Below are positions 46,274 to 55,625 of a stretch of 64,000 bases of DNA, one piece after another. Origin of the DNA: Candidatus Gastranaerophilales bacterium (lineage in GTDB: Bacteria; Cyanobacteriota; Vampirovibrionia; Gastranaerophilales; Gastranaerophilaceae); the NCBI GenBank assembly GCA_947630045.1, contig CANRGC010000009.1, positions 21,566 to 85,565 on the forward strand. The letters run 5' to 3'. Position numbers and translations under genes: made by a program. Position 1 is the stretch's first letter. Each line of letters begins with the position of its first letter. The notes beneath the pieces were generated by a model. It saw nothing but the letters and a program-made list of their open reading frames with translations. It was not told where the DNA came from and did not search any database.

Positions 46274-47619
46274 TGAAAACTTTTGAACTAGAGATTGAAA
46301 AGAATATATACGAGGGTCTTGGGCTTTCTCACTTTGAAAACAAGGCGGTCTTTGTAAAAGGGGCAATTGAAAAAGAAGTTGTCCTTTTAAACTTAAAAAA
46401 TGAGAAAAAAAATTTCATTAACGCAGAAATTGTTGAAATTATAAAGCCTTCAGATAAAAGAATAAAGCCGGTTTGTCCAATGTCAAAACCTTGCGGGGCT
46501 TGTGATTTAGCTTTTATTGAATATGATTACCTTTGCGGTTTAAAAGAAAAAATGGTAAAGGAAATTTTTCAAAATTTCAAAAATTTGAAGTTTTTGCCCG
46601 TTATAAAAAGCCCCGAAACTAAAGAATACAGGTGTAAAGCGCAATATCCGGTTTCACAGACAAAAAACTCCAAAAGAATTTTAATCGGTTATTATAAAGA
46701 AAAAACCCATGAAGTTGTAAACATAAAATATTGCCCAATTCAGCCAAAAATCATAGATGAAGTTATTGATTTTGTGAGGAACAACTTTCGCCTTTCAATC
46801 TATGATGAAAAAACCCATAAGGGGCTTCTAAGGCACGTTAACACAAGGTTTTCAAAACATTCAAATGAAATTCTGTTAACTCTTGTTTTAAACGATGAGA
46901 AAATTGAATTTGAAAAACACAAAAAAGAAATTGAAAAATTTTCAGACGAATTGTGTGAAAAATTTATAGATATAAAAGGTGTTCTGGTCAATTTTAACCC
47001 CAACAAAACAAATAAAATTACAACTGATGAAACAATTTTAATCAAGGGGCGTGATTTTATTTTTGAAAAACTTTCAAATTCAATTTATAAAATAGGCTCA
47101 AATTCTTTTTTTCAAATTAACCCGAAATGTGCAGAGCTGCTCTTTGAAGCGGCTAAAAAATTAATTACAAAAAAGGGAGATATTCTTGACCTTTACGGCG
47201 GGGTTGGCACAATTGGAATTTATATGAAAGATTTGGCGAAAAAAATTATCCTTGTCGAAGAAAACAAGGAAGCGACAGCTCTTGCAAAAGAAAATTTTGA
47301 ATTAAATAAAATTTCAAATTATGAAATTTTTGAAACATGTACAAAAGACAAAATTAAAGAATTTATAAAAGAAAACAGAACTTTTGAAAATATAATTATT
47401 GACCCGCCAAGAAAAGGAAGCGACTCTGAAACTTTAGATGCCGTTTCAAAAATGACAAATTCAATCATATATATAAGCTGTAACCCGATGACATTAAAAA
47501 GAGACTCTGAAATTTTAATTCAAAAAGGGTTTCGATTTGTTTCCGTTCAGCCATGCGACATGTTTCCCTATACTCACCATATTGAATGCGTTGCGCATTT
47601 TATAAAGGAGGGTGAATGA
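46270..47619 (+). CDS. 23S rRNA (uracil-C5)-methyltransferase, RumA/RlmD family
   Basis: TRAM-like N-terminus, a Cys cluster (CPMSKPCGACD...C), and SAM-MTase motifs LDLYGGVGTIG and IIDPPRKG...YISCNP. Confidence 0.85.
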   Translation: MMKTFELEIEKNIYEGLGLSHFENKAVFVKGAIEKEVVLLNLKNEKKNFINAEIVEIIKPSDKRIKPVCPMSKPCGACDLAFIEYDYLCGLKEKMVKEIFQNFKNLKFLPVIKSPETKEYRCKAQYPVSQTKNSKRILIGYYKEKTHEVVNIKYCPIQPKIIDEVIDFVRNNFRLSIYDEKTHKGLLRHVNTRFSKHSNEILLTLVLNDEKIEFEKHKKEIEKFSDELCEKFIDIKGVLVNFNPNKTNKITTDETILIKGRDFIFEKLSNSIYKIGSNSFFQINPKCAELLFEAAKKLITKKGDILDLYGGVGTIGIYMKDLAKKIILVEENKEATALAKENFELNKISNYEIFETCTKDKIKEFIKENRTFENIIIDPPRKGSDSETLDAVSKMTNSIIYISCNPMTLKRDSEILIQKGFRFVSVQPCDMFPYTHHIECVAHFIKEGE

Positions 47620-48872
47620 AAAAGTTTTATATTAAATCTTTAGGCTGCAAAACCAATCAGATTGAAGGGCAGATAATTGCCGAATCTCTGATAAATTTGG
47701 GCTTTATCGAAACAAAAAATAAACTTGAAGCCGAAATTTATATTCTGAATTCCTGTACGGTAACGGAACATTCAGACAATCAGGCAAGTTATTTAATTAA
47801 ACAAATTAAAGCCCAAAAGCCTGATATTAAAGTTATTTTAACCGGTTGCAGCGCCCAAACTAAAGACAGGGAAACCTTTGGTGCAGATTTGATTTTAGGG
47901 AACAGAGAAAAACTTGATATTGAAAAATATATAAACGAACTTTTTAAAGACGAAAAAAAAGCCTATGTCGACGACATTTTCAGCCAAAGTGAATATAACA
48001 ACAAATTTATATATAAAACCTCATCAACCCGTCCGCCCGTTAAAATTCAAGACGGCTGCAACAACAGGTGCGCCTTTTGTCTTATTCCTTATGCAAGGGG
48101 AAACTCAAGGTCTAATTCAATTGAAAACGTAATTAAACAGATAAATATACACACCCAAAATAACAGGAAAGAAATTGTTTTAACCGGAATTCATATCGGT
48201 CAATGGGGCCTAGAATTTAACAAAAGTCCGGTTGATCTTTTAAAAGAAATTGAAAAAACCGACATTTTAAGATATAGGCTGGGTTCTTTATATGTAAACG
48301 AAATTGATGATGAATTGTTTGATTTTTTAAGAAATTCAAAAAAATTCTGCCCTCATTTTCATCTTTCGCTTCAAAGCTTGTGCGACAAAACTTTATCCGA
48401 TATGAAAAGAAATTACACAAAAAAAGACTCTCTTTTTATAATAGATAAAATTCACAAAAGTTTTGACCTTCCTTTTATCGGCTGCGACATAATTACCGGT
48501 TTTCCAAACGAAAGCGAAGAAGATTTTCTTGAAACAAAAAACGCTTTAATTGAGGCAAAAGTCAGCTATATTCACTCGTTTCCCTATTCAAAAAGAAAAG
48601 GAACTTTGGCTTATTCAATGAAAGGTCAGGTTTTAGAACATATTAAAAAACAAAGAACAAAAGAGCTGATTGAAGTTTGCAAAGTTTTGCACAAAAATTT
48701 TCTTGATTTAAACAAAAATAAAACAAGAACCGTTCTTTATGAAAGAAAAAATAAAGACGGATTTTATCAGGGCGTGACCGAAAATTATATAAAAGTTTTG
48801 AAAAAATCGCCGAACAATCTGCAAAATTCAATCGAAAGGGTCAATTTATCCGAGTTTGACTGTTTATATTAA
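47616..48872 (+). CDS. mtaB: radical-SAM methylthiotransferase, MtaB-like (MiaB family)
   Basis: YIKSLGCKTNQIEGQ...NSCTVT, radical SAM motif DGCNNRCAFCLIPYARG, and a C-terminal TRAM-like region. Confidence 0.8.
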   Translation: MKKFYIKSLGCKTNQIEGQIIAESLINLGFIETKNKLEAEIYILNSCTVTEHSDNQASYLIKQIKAQKPDIKVILTGCSAQTKDRETFGADLILGNREKLDIEKYINELFKDEKKAYVDDIFSQSEYNNKFIYKTSSTRPPVKIQDGCNNRCAFCLIPYARGNSRSNSIENVIKQINIHTQNNRKEIVLTGIHIGQWGLEFNKSPVDLLKEIEKTDILRYRLGSLYVNEIDDELFDFLRNSKKFCPHFHLSLQSLCDKTLSDMKRNYTKKDSLFIIDKIHKSFDLPFIGCDIITGFPNESEEDFLETKNALIEAKVSYIHSFPYSKRKGTLAYSMKGQVLEHIKKQRTKELIEVCKVLHKNFLDLNKNKTRTVLYERKNKDGFYQGVTENYIKVLKKSPNNLQNSIERVNLSEFDCLY

Positions 48873-48974
48873 CTTTTATTAACAAATATATAATTTTTAA
48901 ATAAAAAAAGTCAATTTTTTCATACAAAAAAACTTTATTAAAATATAAGAGATTAAAACGAGGAATAAAGAGAA

Positions 48975-49178
48975 ATGACCGTTGCTGAAGATAGAATTTT
49001 AAATTCGGAAAACTTTTTTATTACGGATACAATCATTAAAGAATATGACCAATCAAAAGCCGCTTTATTACTGGCTTCAAAACCGCCGAAGAAAAAAATA
49101 TACAAAAGCATGAATAAAATGCTTCAAGAATGTTTCTTTGTCGGCTCGCTTAAATACGGAAACAATTTTATAGCATAG
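48975..49178 (+). CDS. hypothetical small protein
   Basis: 67-aa ORF with a purine-rich SD-like tract (AGGAATAAAGAGAAATG), followed by a terminator. I recognise no family. Confidence 0.35.
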   Translation: MTVAEDRILNSENFFITDTIIKEYDQSKAALLLASKPPKKKIYKSMNKMLQECFFVGSLKYGNNFIA

Positions 49179-49202
49179 CTAAAACATAAAATATAAAATG
49201 AG

Positions 49203-49232
49203 ATAAGAGGGTTTTTAAAACCCTCTTTTTTA
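49203..49232. terminator. bidirectional intrinsic terminator
   Basis: aagagggttt (49205-49214) pairs with aaaccctctt (49218-49227). It has a T-run downstream and an A-rich tract upstream. Confidence 0.65.
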
Positions 49233-49895
49233 TATGTCGTCTTTATCTTCAAACCCCGGAGATCTTGACGGCAAAGTTTGATATCCGGCGTTCGATAAAA
49301 CCGATTTTCTTATATATTTATCGGTATATCCGCCCTTTACAAACATTTTTTTAATAACGGTTTCTCTGTCTACAAGAGGGTGATTTATTTTTTCAAGTTC
49401 GGGGTTTTTCTCGACAAATGCCGTCCAAGCTGCGGCTTCAAGCGTCCAGCAATATGTTTCTTCATTTATTGAATTTAATTCATCCTGATGAATTGCCTCA
49501 TGCGTCAAAACAGCCGCAAGCGCTTCTTTTGGGGCATCGGAATGTTTTTGATTTACAAAGATATAGAGTTTGTTTTTGTTTTTCCACCCGAGAGCGTCAA
49601 AATCTTGATATGCGGGGTTTAATTCACCCAAATTTCTAAATTGAATTTCAACGGGTCTGCCTGTTAAGTTGTCTCCTAAAATTGCACGTCTTGAATAATC
49701 GCTCAAACCGCCCTTCATGGCTTCAAGCGCCTCAATCAGCCTGTCATTTTTTGTGACCTTTTTATAGAGCCTGTAAGTTGCATTATCAATATAAGGGTCA
49801 TCGTTAGGAAAGCCCGTATTTTCAGAAATTGCAAACGAAGGCATGATTGTTATAAGCCCCATAAAACCAAGTGCTATCCATTTTTTCAGCTTCAC
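49230..49895 (-). CDS. secreted protein with an HExxH motif (putative zinc metallopeptidase), last gene of the fliJ operon
   Basis: The proposed GTG start at 49895 lies behind GAGGA, and the ATG at 49943 is an alternative. Signal peptide KLKKWIALGFMGLITIMPSFA. Motif AAVLTHEAIHQDE. Confidence 0.55.
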   Translation of the reverse strand: MKLKKWIALGFMGLITIMPSFAISENTGFPNDDPYIDNATYRLYKKVTKNDRLIEALEAMKGGLSDYSRRAILGDNLTGRPVEIQFRNLGELNPAYQDFDALGWKNKNKLYIFVNQKHSDAPKEALAAVLTHEAIHQDELNSINEETYCWTLEAAAWTAFVEKNPELEKINHPLVDRETVIKKMFVKGGYTDKYIRKSVLSNAGYQTLPSRSPGFEDKDDI

Positions 49896-49964
49896 TTTTA
49901 ATTCCTCATTTTTAAATCTTACACAAAGGACATTCTGACACATGTAACCAAAAAGTAAAGCGAA

Positions 49965-50798
49965 TTATTGCATAAGCGCAATTGTATTTTTCAACAGTTC
50001 TGTATAGCCTGATATAATGCTTTTTGCAAGGTCCATTTGAAGTTTTGCCTCTTGGTAATATGAAATGTTAGTTTTAAAATCAACGTTTGAAAGCTCAATA
50101 AGCCCGCTTCTGACTTCTCCCGTACCTATAACGGGGCGCCCCGAAGCTTCCGTTTCAACAAACATCCCGTCTTTATATTGAAAAAGTTCCTGAGGGTTAT
50201 GAAAATTCATTATTGCAAGCTTAAACAAAGGCGAAGATTCCTGACCGTTATTTGCTTTGCCGTATAAAATTCCGTCACCTTTAATTTCAAATTCGTCATA
50301 TTTTCCCAAAAACTTGCCGTTATCGGGGTCTTTCCACAGTTTAATTTCGGTTGTCGGAATATTTATTGCGCCGCCCTCGGATAAAACTCTGTTATATTCT
50401 TCTTTTCCGAGAGTTTTTGTGCCGGACATTATTTCGCCCTTTTCGTTCATAATATATCCTTGCACTGTTGAACCGTCAGCTGCTTTGTATACGCCGTTTT
50501 CGTCGAATTTAAATTCGCCGAGTCTTGTATATGCAATATTTCCCTGTTCGTTTCTTACAACAAAATAACCCTGCCCTTCAAGGAAAACATTCTCGTTTGA
50601 AGTCCCCGGAATTGCCTTGCCTTGGTCAGTGTTTTTTAAATATCCGTCGCAGCAAACGCTGTCCAAAAAGGTTTTAAATGTAACTTTATTTTCCCTGTAT
50701 CCCGGAGTGTATATGTTTGCAAGGTTTTCAGTAACGGCATTCATCCAGTTCATACTTGCCTTTTGGGTGTTCATTGCATTAACGTATGCATCATTCAT
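49965..50798 (-). CDS. short flagellar hook/distal-rod family protein (FlgE/FlgG-like)
   Basis: N-terminus NAVTENLANIYTPGYRENKVTF is the rod/hook N-motif. C-terminus LAIMNFHNPQELFQYKDGMFVETEASG...SGLIELSNVDFKTNISYYQEAKLQMDLAKSIISGYTELL. ATG 50798 lies behind GGAG and overlaps the upstream stop (ATGAATGA). Confidence 0.75.
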   Translation of the reverse strand: MNDAYVNAMNTQKASMNWMNAVTENLANIYTPGYRENKVTFKTFLDSVCCDGYLKNTDQGKAIPGTSNENVFLEGQGYFVVRNEQGNIAYTRLGEFKFDENGVYKAADGSTVQGYIMNEKGEIMSGTKTLGKEEYNRVLSEGGAINIPTTEIKLWKDPDNGKFLGKYDEFEIKGDGILYGKANNGQESSPLFKLAIMNFHNPQELFQYKDGMFVETEASGRPVIGTGEVRSGLIELSNVDFKTNISYYQEAKLQMDLAKSIISGYTELLKNTIALMQ

Positions 50799-51435
50799 GA
50801 GATTTTTCTCCACTTCTATTGTTTTGCCTGTTGGGGTTTCTGTAAGGCTTATAGCTTATATTTGAATATGCTATGCTCTGTTCGTCAAAACGGACTTTAA
50901 GATAATCAATATTATTCTTTAAATAATTTTCAACCTCTTTGTCACGGGGAAAAAATGAAGCGTCAATTTTTCCTTCTTTTGAAATTTTTAAAACAACCGT
51001 CACTTTATTATCAAAATCAAGGCGAAGCGCTTTGTTATTTTCCGCAGACTTGACAAGAAGATTTGATAAAGTCTTTGAAACTTCCATTGTTTTATAATTA
51101 GAAGCGTCTATAACGCTTGTTTCATCGTTCATTTGAAGATTTATATTTTTTGAGTCGGCTGAAATGTTTAAGAAAAACATTGCGTCGTTATCTTCAATTG
51201 TTTTTGTATCGAAACTGAACTGTTCAAAATCTACGGGCTCAACTTCACTGTCAAATTCTATAGTCGGATTCAAAGGCACACTTTGAACAAGAAATGACAA
51301 ATCAATCGGGTTATTAAGAAGCTTGTCGATTTCATCTTTAAATTTTGTTTCGCCGGTATTTAAAGGCTCGCTTCCTTTGTATACATCGGCTATAGCGCTG
51401 CCTTTTAACTCTTTATTTTCATTGACGTTCATCAT
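50791..51435 (-). CDS. FliK-like hook-length control protein (short)
   Basis: The position is fliJ-X-hook. The C-terminal segment ALRLDFDNKVTVVLKISKEGKIDASFFPRDKEVENYLKNNIDYLKVRFDEQSI fits the FliK C-domain pattern (L.L.P..LG.V.V.....G.V...F........L......L...L...G). Confidence 0.55.
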   Translation of the reverse strand: MMNVNENKELKGSAIADVYKGSEPLNTGETKFKDEIDKLLNNPIDLSFLVQSVPLNPTIEFDSEVEPVDFEQFSFDTKTIEDNDAMFFLNISADSKNINLQMNDETSVIDASNYKTMEVSKTLSNLLVKSAENNKALRLDFDNKVTVVLKISKEGKIDASFFPRDKEVENYLKNNIDYLKVRFDEQSIAYSNISYKPYRNPNRQNNRSGEKSHE

Positions 51436-51883
51436 TTTCTTCTGTTTCTTTTCTTTCTTGTTGTCTTGCAAAATGTTTTTGAGAGCCGACTTCGTTTAAT
51501 AGTTTCATTTCGGTCATTTTTTCTTCATAGAGATATTCTTCTTTTTTATGGTCTTTATGTTTTTCTAAAACGCTTACTCTTTGCTCTTTTTCTCTTAAAA
51601 CATCCATTTCATGCTTCAGTTTTTCTTCGGCTTCTTTCTTTTGAACAAGCAATTCTTCGCCTATTTCATAGAGATGTTTTAAAAATTTATCAAACCCGTC
51701 ATACATTCTCGGGTCGGATTTTCTCATGTTTATTCTTGTAGAGGTAATATTTCGGTTATTCTCATCGATTTTTTTTTCGATTTCAATAACAGCATTTTGA
51801 GCCTCACGGACAACTTTTATCTGCTCTTCTTTTTCTTTAATTCTTATTTCTAAAAATTTTTGAAGTCTGTATCTAAAGGGCAT
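51419..51883 (-). CDS. fliJ: flagellar export chaperone/stalk protein FliJ
   Basis: 154-aa antiparallel coiled-coil type. FRYRLQKFLEIRIKEKEEQIKVVREAQNAV is a typical FliJ N-terminus. Confidence 0.7.
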   Translation of the reverse strand: MPFRYRLQKFLEIRIKEKEEQIKVVREAQNAVIEIEKKIDENNRNITSTRINMRKSDPRMYDGFDKFLKHLYEIGEELLVQKKEAEEKLKHEMDVLREKEQRVSVLEKHKDHKKEEYLYEEKMTEMKLLNEVGSQKHFARQQERKETEENDERQ

Positions 51884-51990
51884 GGAAGTTGTCTTTTCAG
51901 TAAGCTATACAATAATATTGTACGGACATTTTATAATTTTTGTTTAATGAAAACAGAGGAAAAGTCAAAAAAATCATCCGTTTAAACGAC

Positions 51991-52026
51991 AAAAAAACCG
52001 CCCGAGATATTTCAGGCGGTTTTTTA
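51991..52026 (-). terminator. intrinsic terminator after rplT
   Basis: ccgcc (51998-52002) pairs with ggcgg (52015-52019), extended by flanking A/T runs on both sides. Confidence 0.65.
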
Positions 52027-52040
52027 AAAGTTTGTTTTAA

Positions 52041-52385
52041 TTATGCGACAACTTTGTCAACAATAACTTTAAATGCTTCAGGTTCATTTGCTGCAAGCTC
52101 TGCAAGCATTTTTCTGTTAACTTGAATGTCAGCTTTTTTAAGAAGATTCATAAATTTTGAATAAGATAAGCCGTATTCTCTGACAGCTGCGTTAATTCTA
52201 ACTATCCAGAGGCTTCTCATTTGTCTTTTTACAACTCTTCTGTCACGATAAGCATATTTTAAAGCCTTCATAACAGCTTGGTTTGCAACTTTAAAAATTC
52301 TGCTTCTTGCACCGATAAAGCCTTTTGCAAGTTTTAAAATCTTTTTATGTCTTTTTCTTGAAACATTTCCACGTTTTACTCTCAT
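52041..52385 (-). CDS. rplT: 50S ribosomal protein L20
   Basis: [50 protein letters not shown]. Confidence 0.95.
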   Translation of the reverse strand: MRVKRGNVSRKRHKKILKLAKGFIGARSRIFKVANQAVMKALKYAYRDRRVVKRQMRSLWIVRINAAVREYGLSYSKFMNLLKKADIQVNRKMLAELAANEPEAFKVIVDKVVA

Positions 52386-52396
52386 TTTTCACCTTC

Positions 52397-52606
52397 CTAT
52401 CTTGAATATTTCATGTACGGTAACTCTTTTGTGATTAAATCTAAGTTTTTATCACAAACTTCAACCATCCCCGTAATTCTGTTTTTTCTTGCAGGGGATT
52501 TATGAGCAAGAAGGTGTCCTTTTCCGGCTTGACGTCTTTGGATTTTACCCGTTGCCGTCACTTTGTAGCGTTTAGCCGCTGATCTGTGCGTTTTCATTTT
52601 AGGCAT
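52397..52606 (-). CDS. rpmI: 50S ribosomal protein L35
   Basis: MPKMKTHRSAAKRYKVTATGKIQRRQAGKGHLL. Confidence 0.95.
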   Translation of the reverse strand: MPKMKTHRSAAKRYKVTATGKIQRRQAGKGHLLAHKSPARKNRITGMVEVCDKNLDLITKELPYMKYSR

Positions 52607-52707
52607 TTTGTTTTCTCCTTATTTTTTGCTCTTGCGGTATACCCATAAAACCGCTTCAAGCAATTTGTACATGGATAATTTTATATGGTGAAAAAAAAAT
52701 TTCAAGG

Positions 52708-52716
52708 TGGTATAAT
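52708..52716 (+). promoter_or_regulatory. candidate extended -10 promoter element (TGgTATAAT)
   Basis: tggtataat at 52708-52716. It lies 35 nt upstream of the SIMPL gene ATG, which has a GGGAG SD. Confidence 0.35.
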
Positions 52717-52750
52717 CGCTTGTATTAAAAATTAAAAAAGGGAGCCTAAA

Positions 52751-53494
52751 ATGGATTTTAAAAACTTGAAAGATTATCAAACGATTGTTCTTGGCGGAAT
52801 TATCGGCTTGAGCATTATTTTATCAACTTTAATTTTCAGTGCGGGTGTTACAAAATATCAAAAACTCCAAAACCAGACAATTAATGTCACGGGCTCTGCC
52901 AGCAAAGAAATAACCTCTGATTTCGGAGTTTTATCAATCGGGTATTCTTCACAGGCAAACAACCTTCAAGAAGGTTATAAAAAAATGAATTCCGATAAAG
53001 ATAAAATTATAAAATTTATGAAAGACAACAACATTGAAGAAAAAAATATCAGTTTTAACCAAATTTCAAGCTATGAAGTTTATAAAAGGTTTGGAAGCTA
53101 TACCTCAAATGAAATTGATTTTTATAAATTAAACGCCGATGTTAAAATTTCAAATAACAGCACGGATGTTATAGATACTCTTTCCAAAAAAATCGGAGAG
53201 CTTATCAATGAAGGTGTGCAGGTAACTTACACAAATGTCGAATATTTTGCGACTGATTTAGACAAATATAAAGTTGAAATGGTTGGGGAAGCAACAAAAA
53301 ATGCAAAAGAAAGAGCAAAATCTATGGTTTCATCAACCGGCGGAAAAATAGGCGCTTTGACATCGGCGAAAACGGGCGTTTTTCAGATAGTTCCCGTTAA
53401 TTCAACGGAAGTTTCGGATATGGGAATAAATGACACCACTTCAATTAAGAAAAAAATTGTTGCGGTGGTAAATGCAACTTTCAGCGTAAAATAA
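52751..53494 (+). CDS. SIMPL-domain (DUF541) protein
   Basis: An N-terminal TM anchor is followed by INVTGSASKEITSD...EATKNAKERAKSM..STGGKIGALTS...GVFQI. Confidence 0.7.
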   Translation: MDFKNLKDYQTIVLGGIIGLSIILSTLIFSAGVTKYQKLQNQTINVTGSASKEITSDFGVLSIGYSSQANNLQEGYKKMNSDKDKIIKFMKDNNIEEKNISFNQISSYEVYKRFGSYTSNEIDFYKLNADVKISNNSTDVIDTLSKKIGELINEGVQVTYTNVEYFATDLDKYKVEMVGEATKNAKERAKSMVSSTGGKIGALTSAKTGVFQIVPVNSTEVSDMGINDTTSIKKKIVAVVNATFSVK

Positions 53495-53574
53495 CAATTT
53501 CCCTAATTGTCTAATTAAATAGTTCAAATATTTTATAAAAAATAAAATATCGTTTTTGAAAAAGGATTTACCTG

Positions 53575-55596
53575 ATGAAAAGATATTTTATTTTTTTTAT
53601 TTTGCTTATTCTTATAACCCCTTCTTTTGCCCAAGAAACTTCAAAATATCCAAACTATGGAAACATCTGGCTCGGGGACGACAAATTTGAAAAAATAAAC
53701 AGAAAAGTTTTTAATTTTAATCTTGGCTTGAATAAATATGCAATAAAACCGGCTTCAATTCTCTGGTCATCCATAATGCCAAAATATGGAATTGAAAGAA
53801 TGAAATATATGTATTCAAACATTTTATATCCGAAAACCCTTATAAGCACAATTTGTCAGGGCGATATAAAGGCGGCAGGAAAAGCGACGGCAAGGTTTGT
53901 AACAAATTCAACCTTGGGTATCGGTGGAATGTTTGACCCCGCTAAACGGTTTTTAAAACTTGAGCCTGTGAATGAAGACATGGAACAGGTTTTTGCAAAA
54001 ATGAAAATAAAACAGGGTCCGTATCTTGTTGTTCCGATTTTAACTTCAACCACACCGAGAGGACTTGCGGGTTTTGCCTTTGATACCGCCTTAAACCCGA
54101 CTTCATACATAGGAAGTCCGGTTATTGCTGCGGTTAAAGCCGGCTTCACTTTAAATAACCTTACCGTTTCTCAAAAACTTATTAAAACGGTTTCGACAGG
54201 CTACATTGACCCTTATGAAATTGCAAGAAAAGCTTACGGGCTTAAAAACGCAATTTTGGATGCAAATTTAGACAGAAGCGAAGAAATAGAAAAACAAAGC
54301 GCACTTCACATTACAAAAGAGGAAGAAAATTTTTACAAGGTAAGCGATAATGAACAAACACCAAGCCTTTTAAGCGAAACAATCAAAGGTTCTGCGACGA
54401 CGGATGAAGTTTTATACGAAGACGAATTAATTCCCGATATTATTCTTGAAAACTTTAATTCTCAACACCCTGTCATAGACTCTATGAGAACCGTTCTTTT
54501 TGAAGTTGAAGGGGTGGATAAATCAATGTGGGGCGATTTATCCGTTTGGAACAGAAGCTTTCAAAACAAAATTAAAACATCTTCCGTCCAAATAACCGAA
54601 AACAGAGAAAAATTCCAATACAGCTATATTTTGCAAAAAGATAAAAACGCCCCTCTGGCAATTCTTTTCCCTTCGGTTGGAGAGGGCGTAAACTCACACC
54701 ATTCAATTCATTTTGCAAAACTTTTTTATGATGAAGGATATTCCGTTTTAATGGAACCAAGCGCTTTTCATTACAGCTTTTATAAAAGCATGGACGAAAA
54801 TTACAGACCCGGAATTCCCGAAAATGACGCAAAACAAATAAGGTGTGCCACTTCAAAAATTATAAACACGCTTGAAGGAAAATACGGCTGTAAATTTTCA
54901 AACAAGGTGGTTTTGGGAACATCTTTCGGAGCAATGTCCGCTCTTTTTCTTGGAGATTTAGAATCAAAAGAAAACATATTAAACATATCAAAATTTATTT
55001 CGATTAATCCGCCGATTGAACTTTTATATGCAATAAACGAAATTGATTTGAACAGTGAAAATTTTGAAAAAAACAACCTTGAAAACAAAACGACTCTTGC
55101 CGCCGCAAAAGTTTTAAATGCCCTGAATATGAAAGATGAGGGAAAAACTTTTGAAACTCTTCCTTTTGATTTAGATGAGGCAAAATTAATAACCGGTTTT
55201 GTTTTGCACCAAAAATTGTCAGACCTTTTATATGCAATTGAAGGAGAAAAAGAGCCCGTAAAATCTGATTTCTATAAAAAAATGGAAAACACAAACTATA
55301 AAGATTACGCAAAAGATTATCTGATTTCAAATGAAATAAAAAACTTTGAAGAATTACAAAAAAAATCAAGCCTTTATGCGCTGAAAGACTATCTTGCGAA
55401 AAATTCAAACTATATAATTTACCATTCTCTTGACGATTATCTCGTTAATCGTGAACAATTAAAAAAGTTAAAAACAATATCAAAAAGAAAAATGAGAATA
55501 ATAGATAAAGGCGCTCACCTCGGGTTTTTATACAGAAGCGAATTTTTAAACGATCTTAAAAAAGAAATTTCCATGAAAGAAAAAATCGGTATATAA
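53575..55596 (+). CDS. fusion protein: N-terminal MlaA/VacJ domain plus C-terminal alpha/beta-hydrolase domain
   Basis: Signal peptide MKRYFIFFILLILITPSFA. The MlaA region reads INRKVFNFNLGLNKYAIKPAS...ARFVTNSTLGIGGMFDPA...EDMEQVFAKMKIKQGPYLVVPIL.STTPRG. The C-terminal domain carries the nucleophile elbow VLGTSFGAMSALFLG, the Asp candidate YHSLDDYLV, and the His candidate DKGAHLGFLY. Confidence 0.8.
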   Translation: MKRYFIFFILLILITPSFAQETSKYPNYGNIWLGDDKFEKINRKVFNFNLGLNKYAIKPASILWSSIMPKYGIERMKYMYSNILYPKTLISTICQGDIKAAGKATARFVTNSTLGIGGMFDPAKRFLKLEPVNEDMEQVFAKMKIKQGPYLVVPILTSTTPRGLAGFAFDTALNPTSYIGSPVIAAVKAGFTLNNLTVSQKLIKTVSTGYIDPYEIARKAYGLKNAILDANLDRSEEIEKQSALHITKEEENFYKVSDNEQTPSLLSETIKGSATTDEVLYEDELIPDIILENFNSQHPVIDSMRTVLFEVEGVDKSMWGDLSVWNRSFQNKIKTSSVQITENREKFQYSYILQKDKNAPLAILFPSVGEGVNSHHSIHFAKLFYDEGYSVLMEPSAFHYSFYKSMDENYRPGIPENDAKQIRCATSKIINTLEGKYGCKFSNKVVLGTSFGAMSALFLGDLESKENILNISKFISINPPIELLYAINEIDLNSENFEKNNLENKTTLAAAKVLNALNMKDEGKTFETLPFDLDEAKLITGFVLHQKLSDLLYAIEGEKEPVKSDFYKKMENTNYKDYAKDYLISNEIKNFEELQKKSSLYALKDYLAKNSNYIIYHSLDDYLVNREQLKKLKTISKRKMRIIDKGAHLGFLYRSEFLNDLKKEISMKEKIGI

Positions 55597-55625
55597 AATT
55601 AAGATTTTATTATAAAATCAGCAAT

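Noticed and set aside
51908-51922. 15-bp perfect palindrome tacaataatattgta about 25 nt upstream of fliJ
   Set aside because: 7+7 AT-rich palindromes are expected several times by chance in 64 kb of this composition. I saw no second copy upstream of the other flagellar operon.
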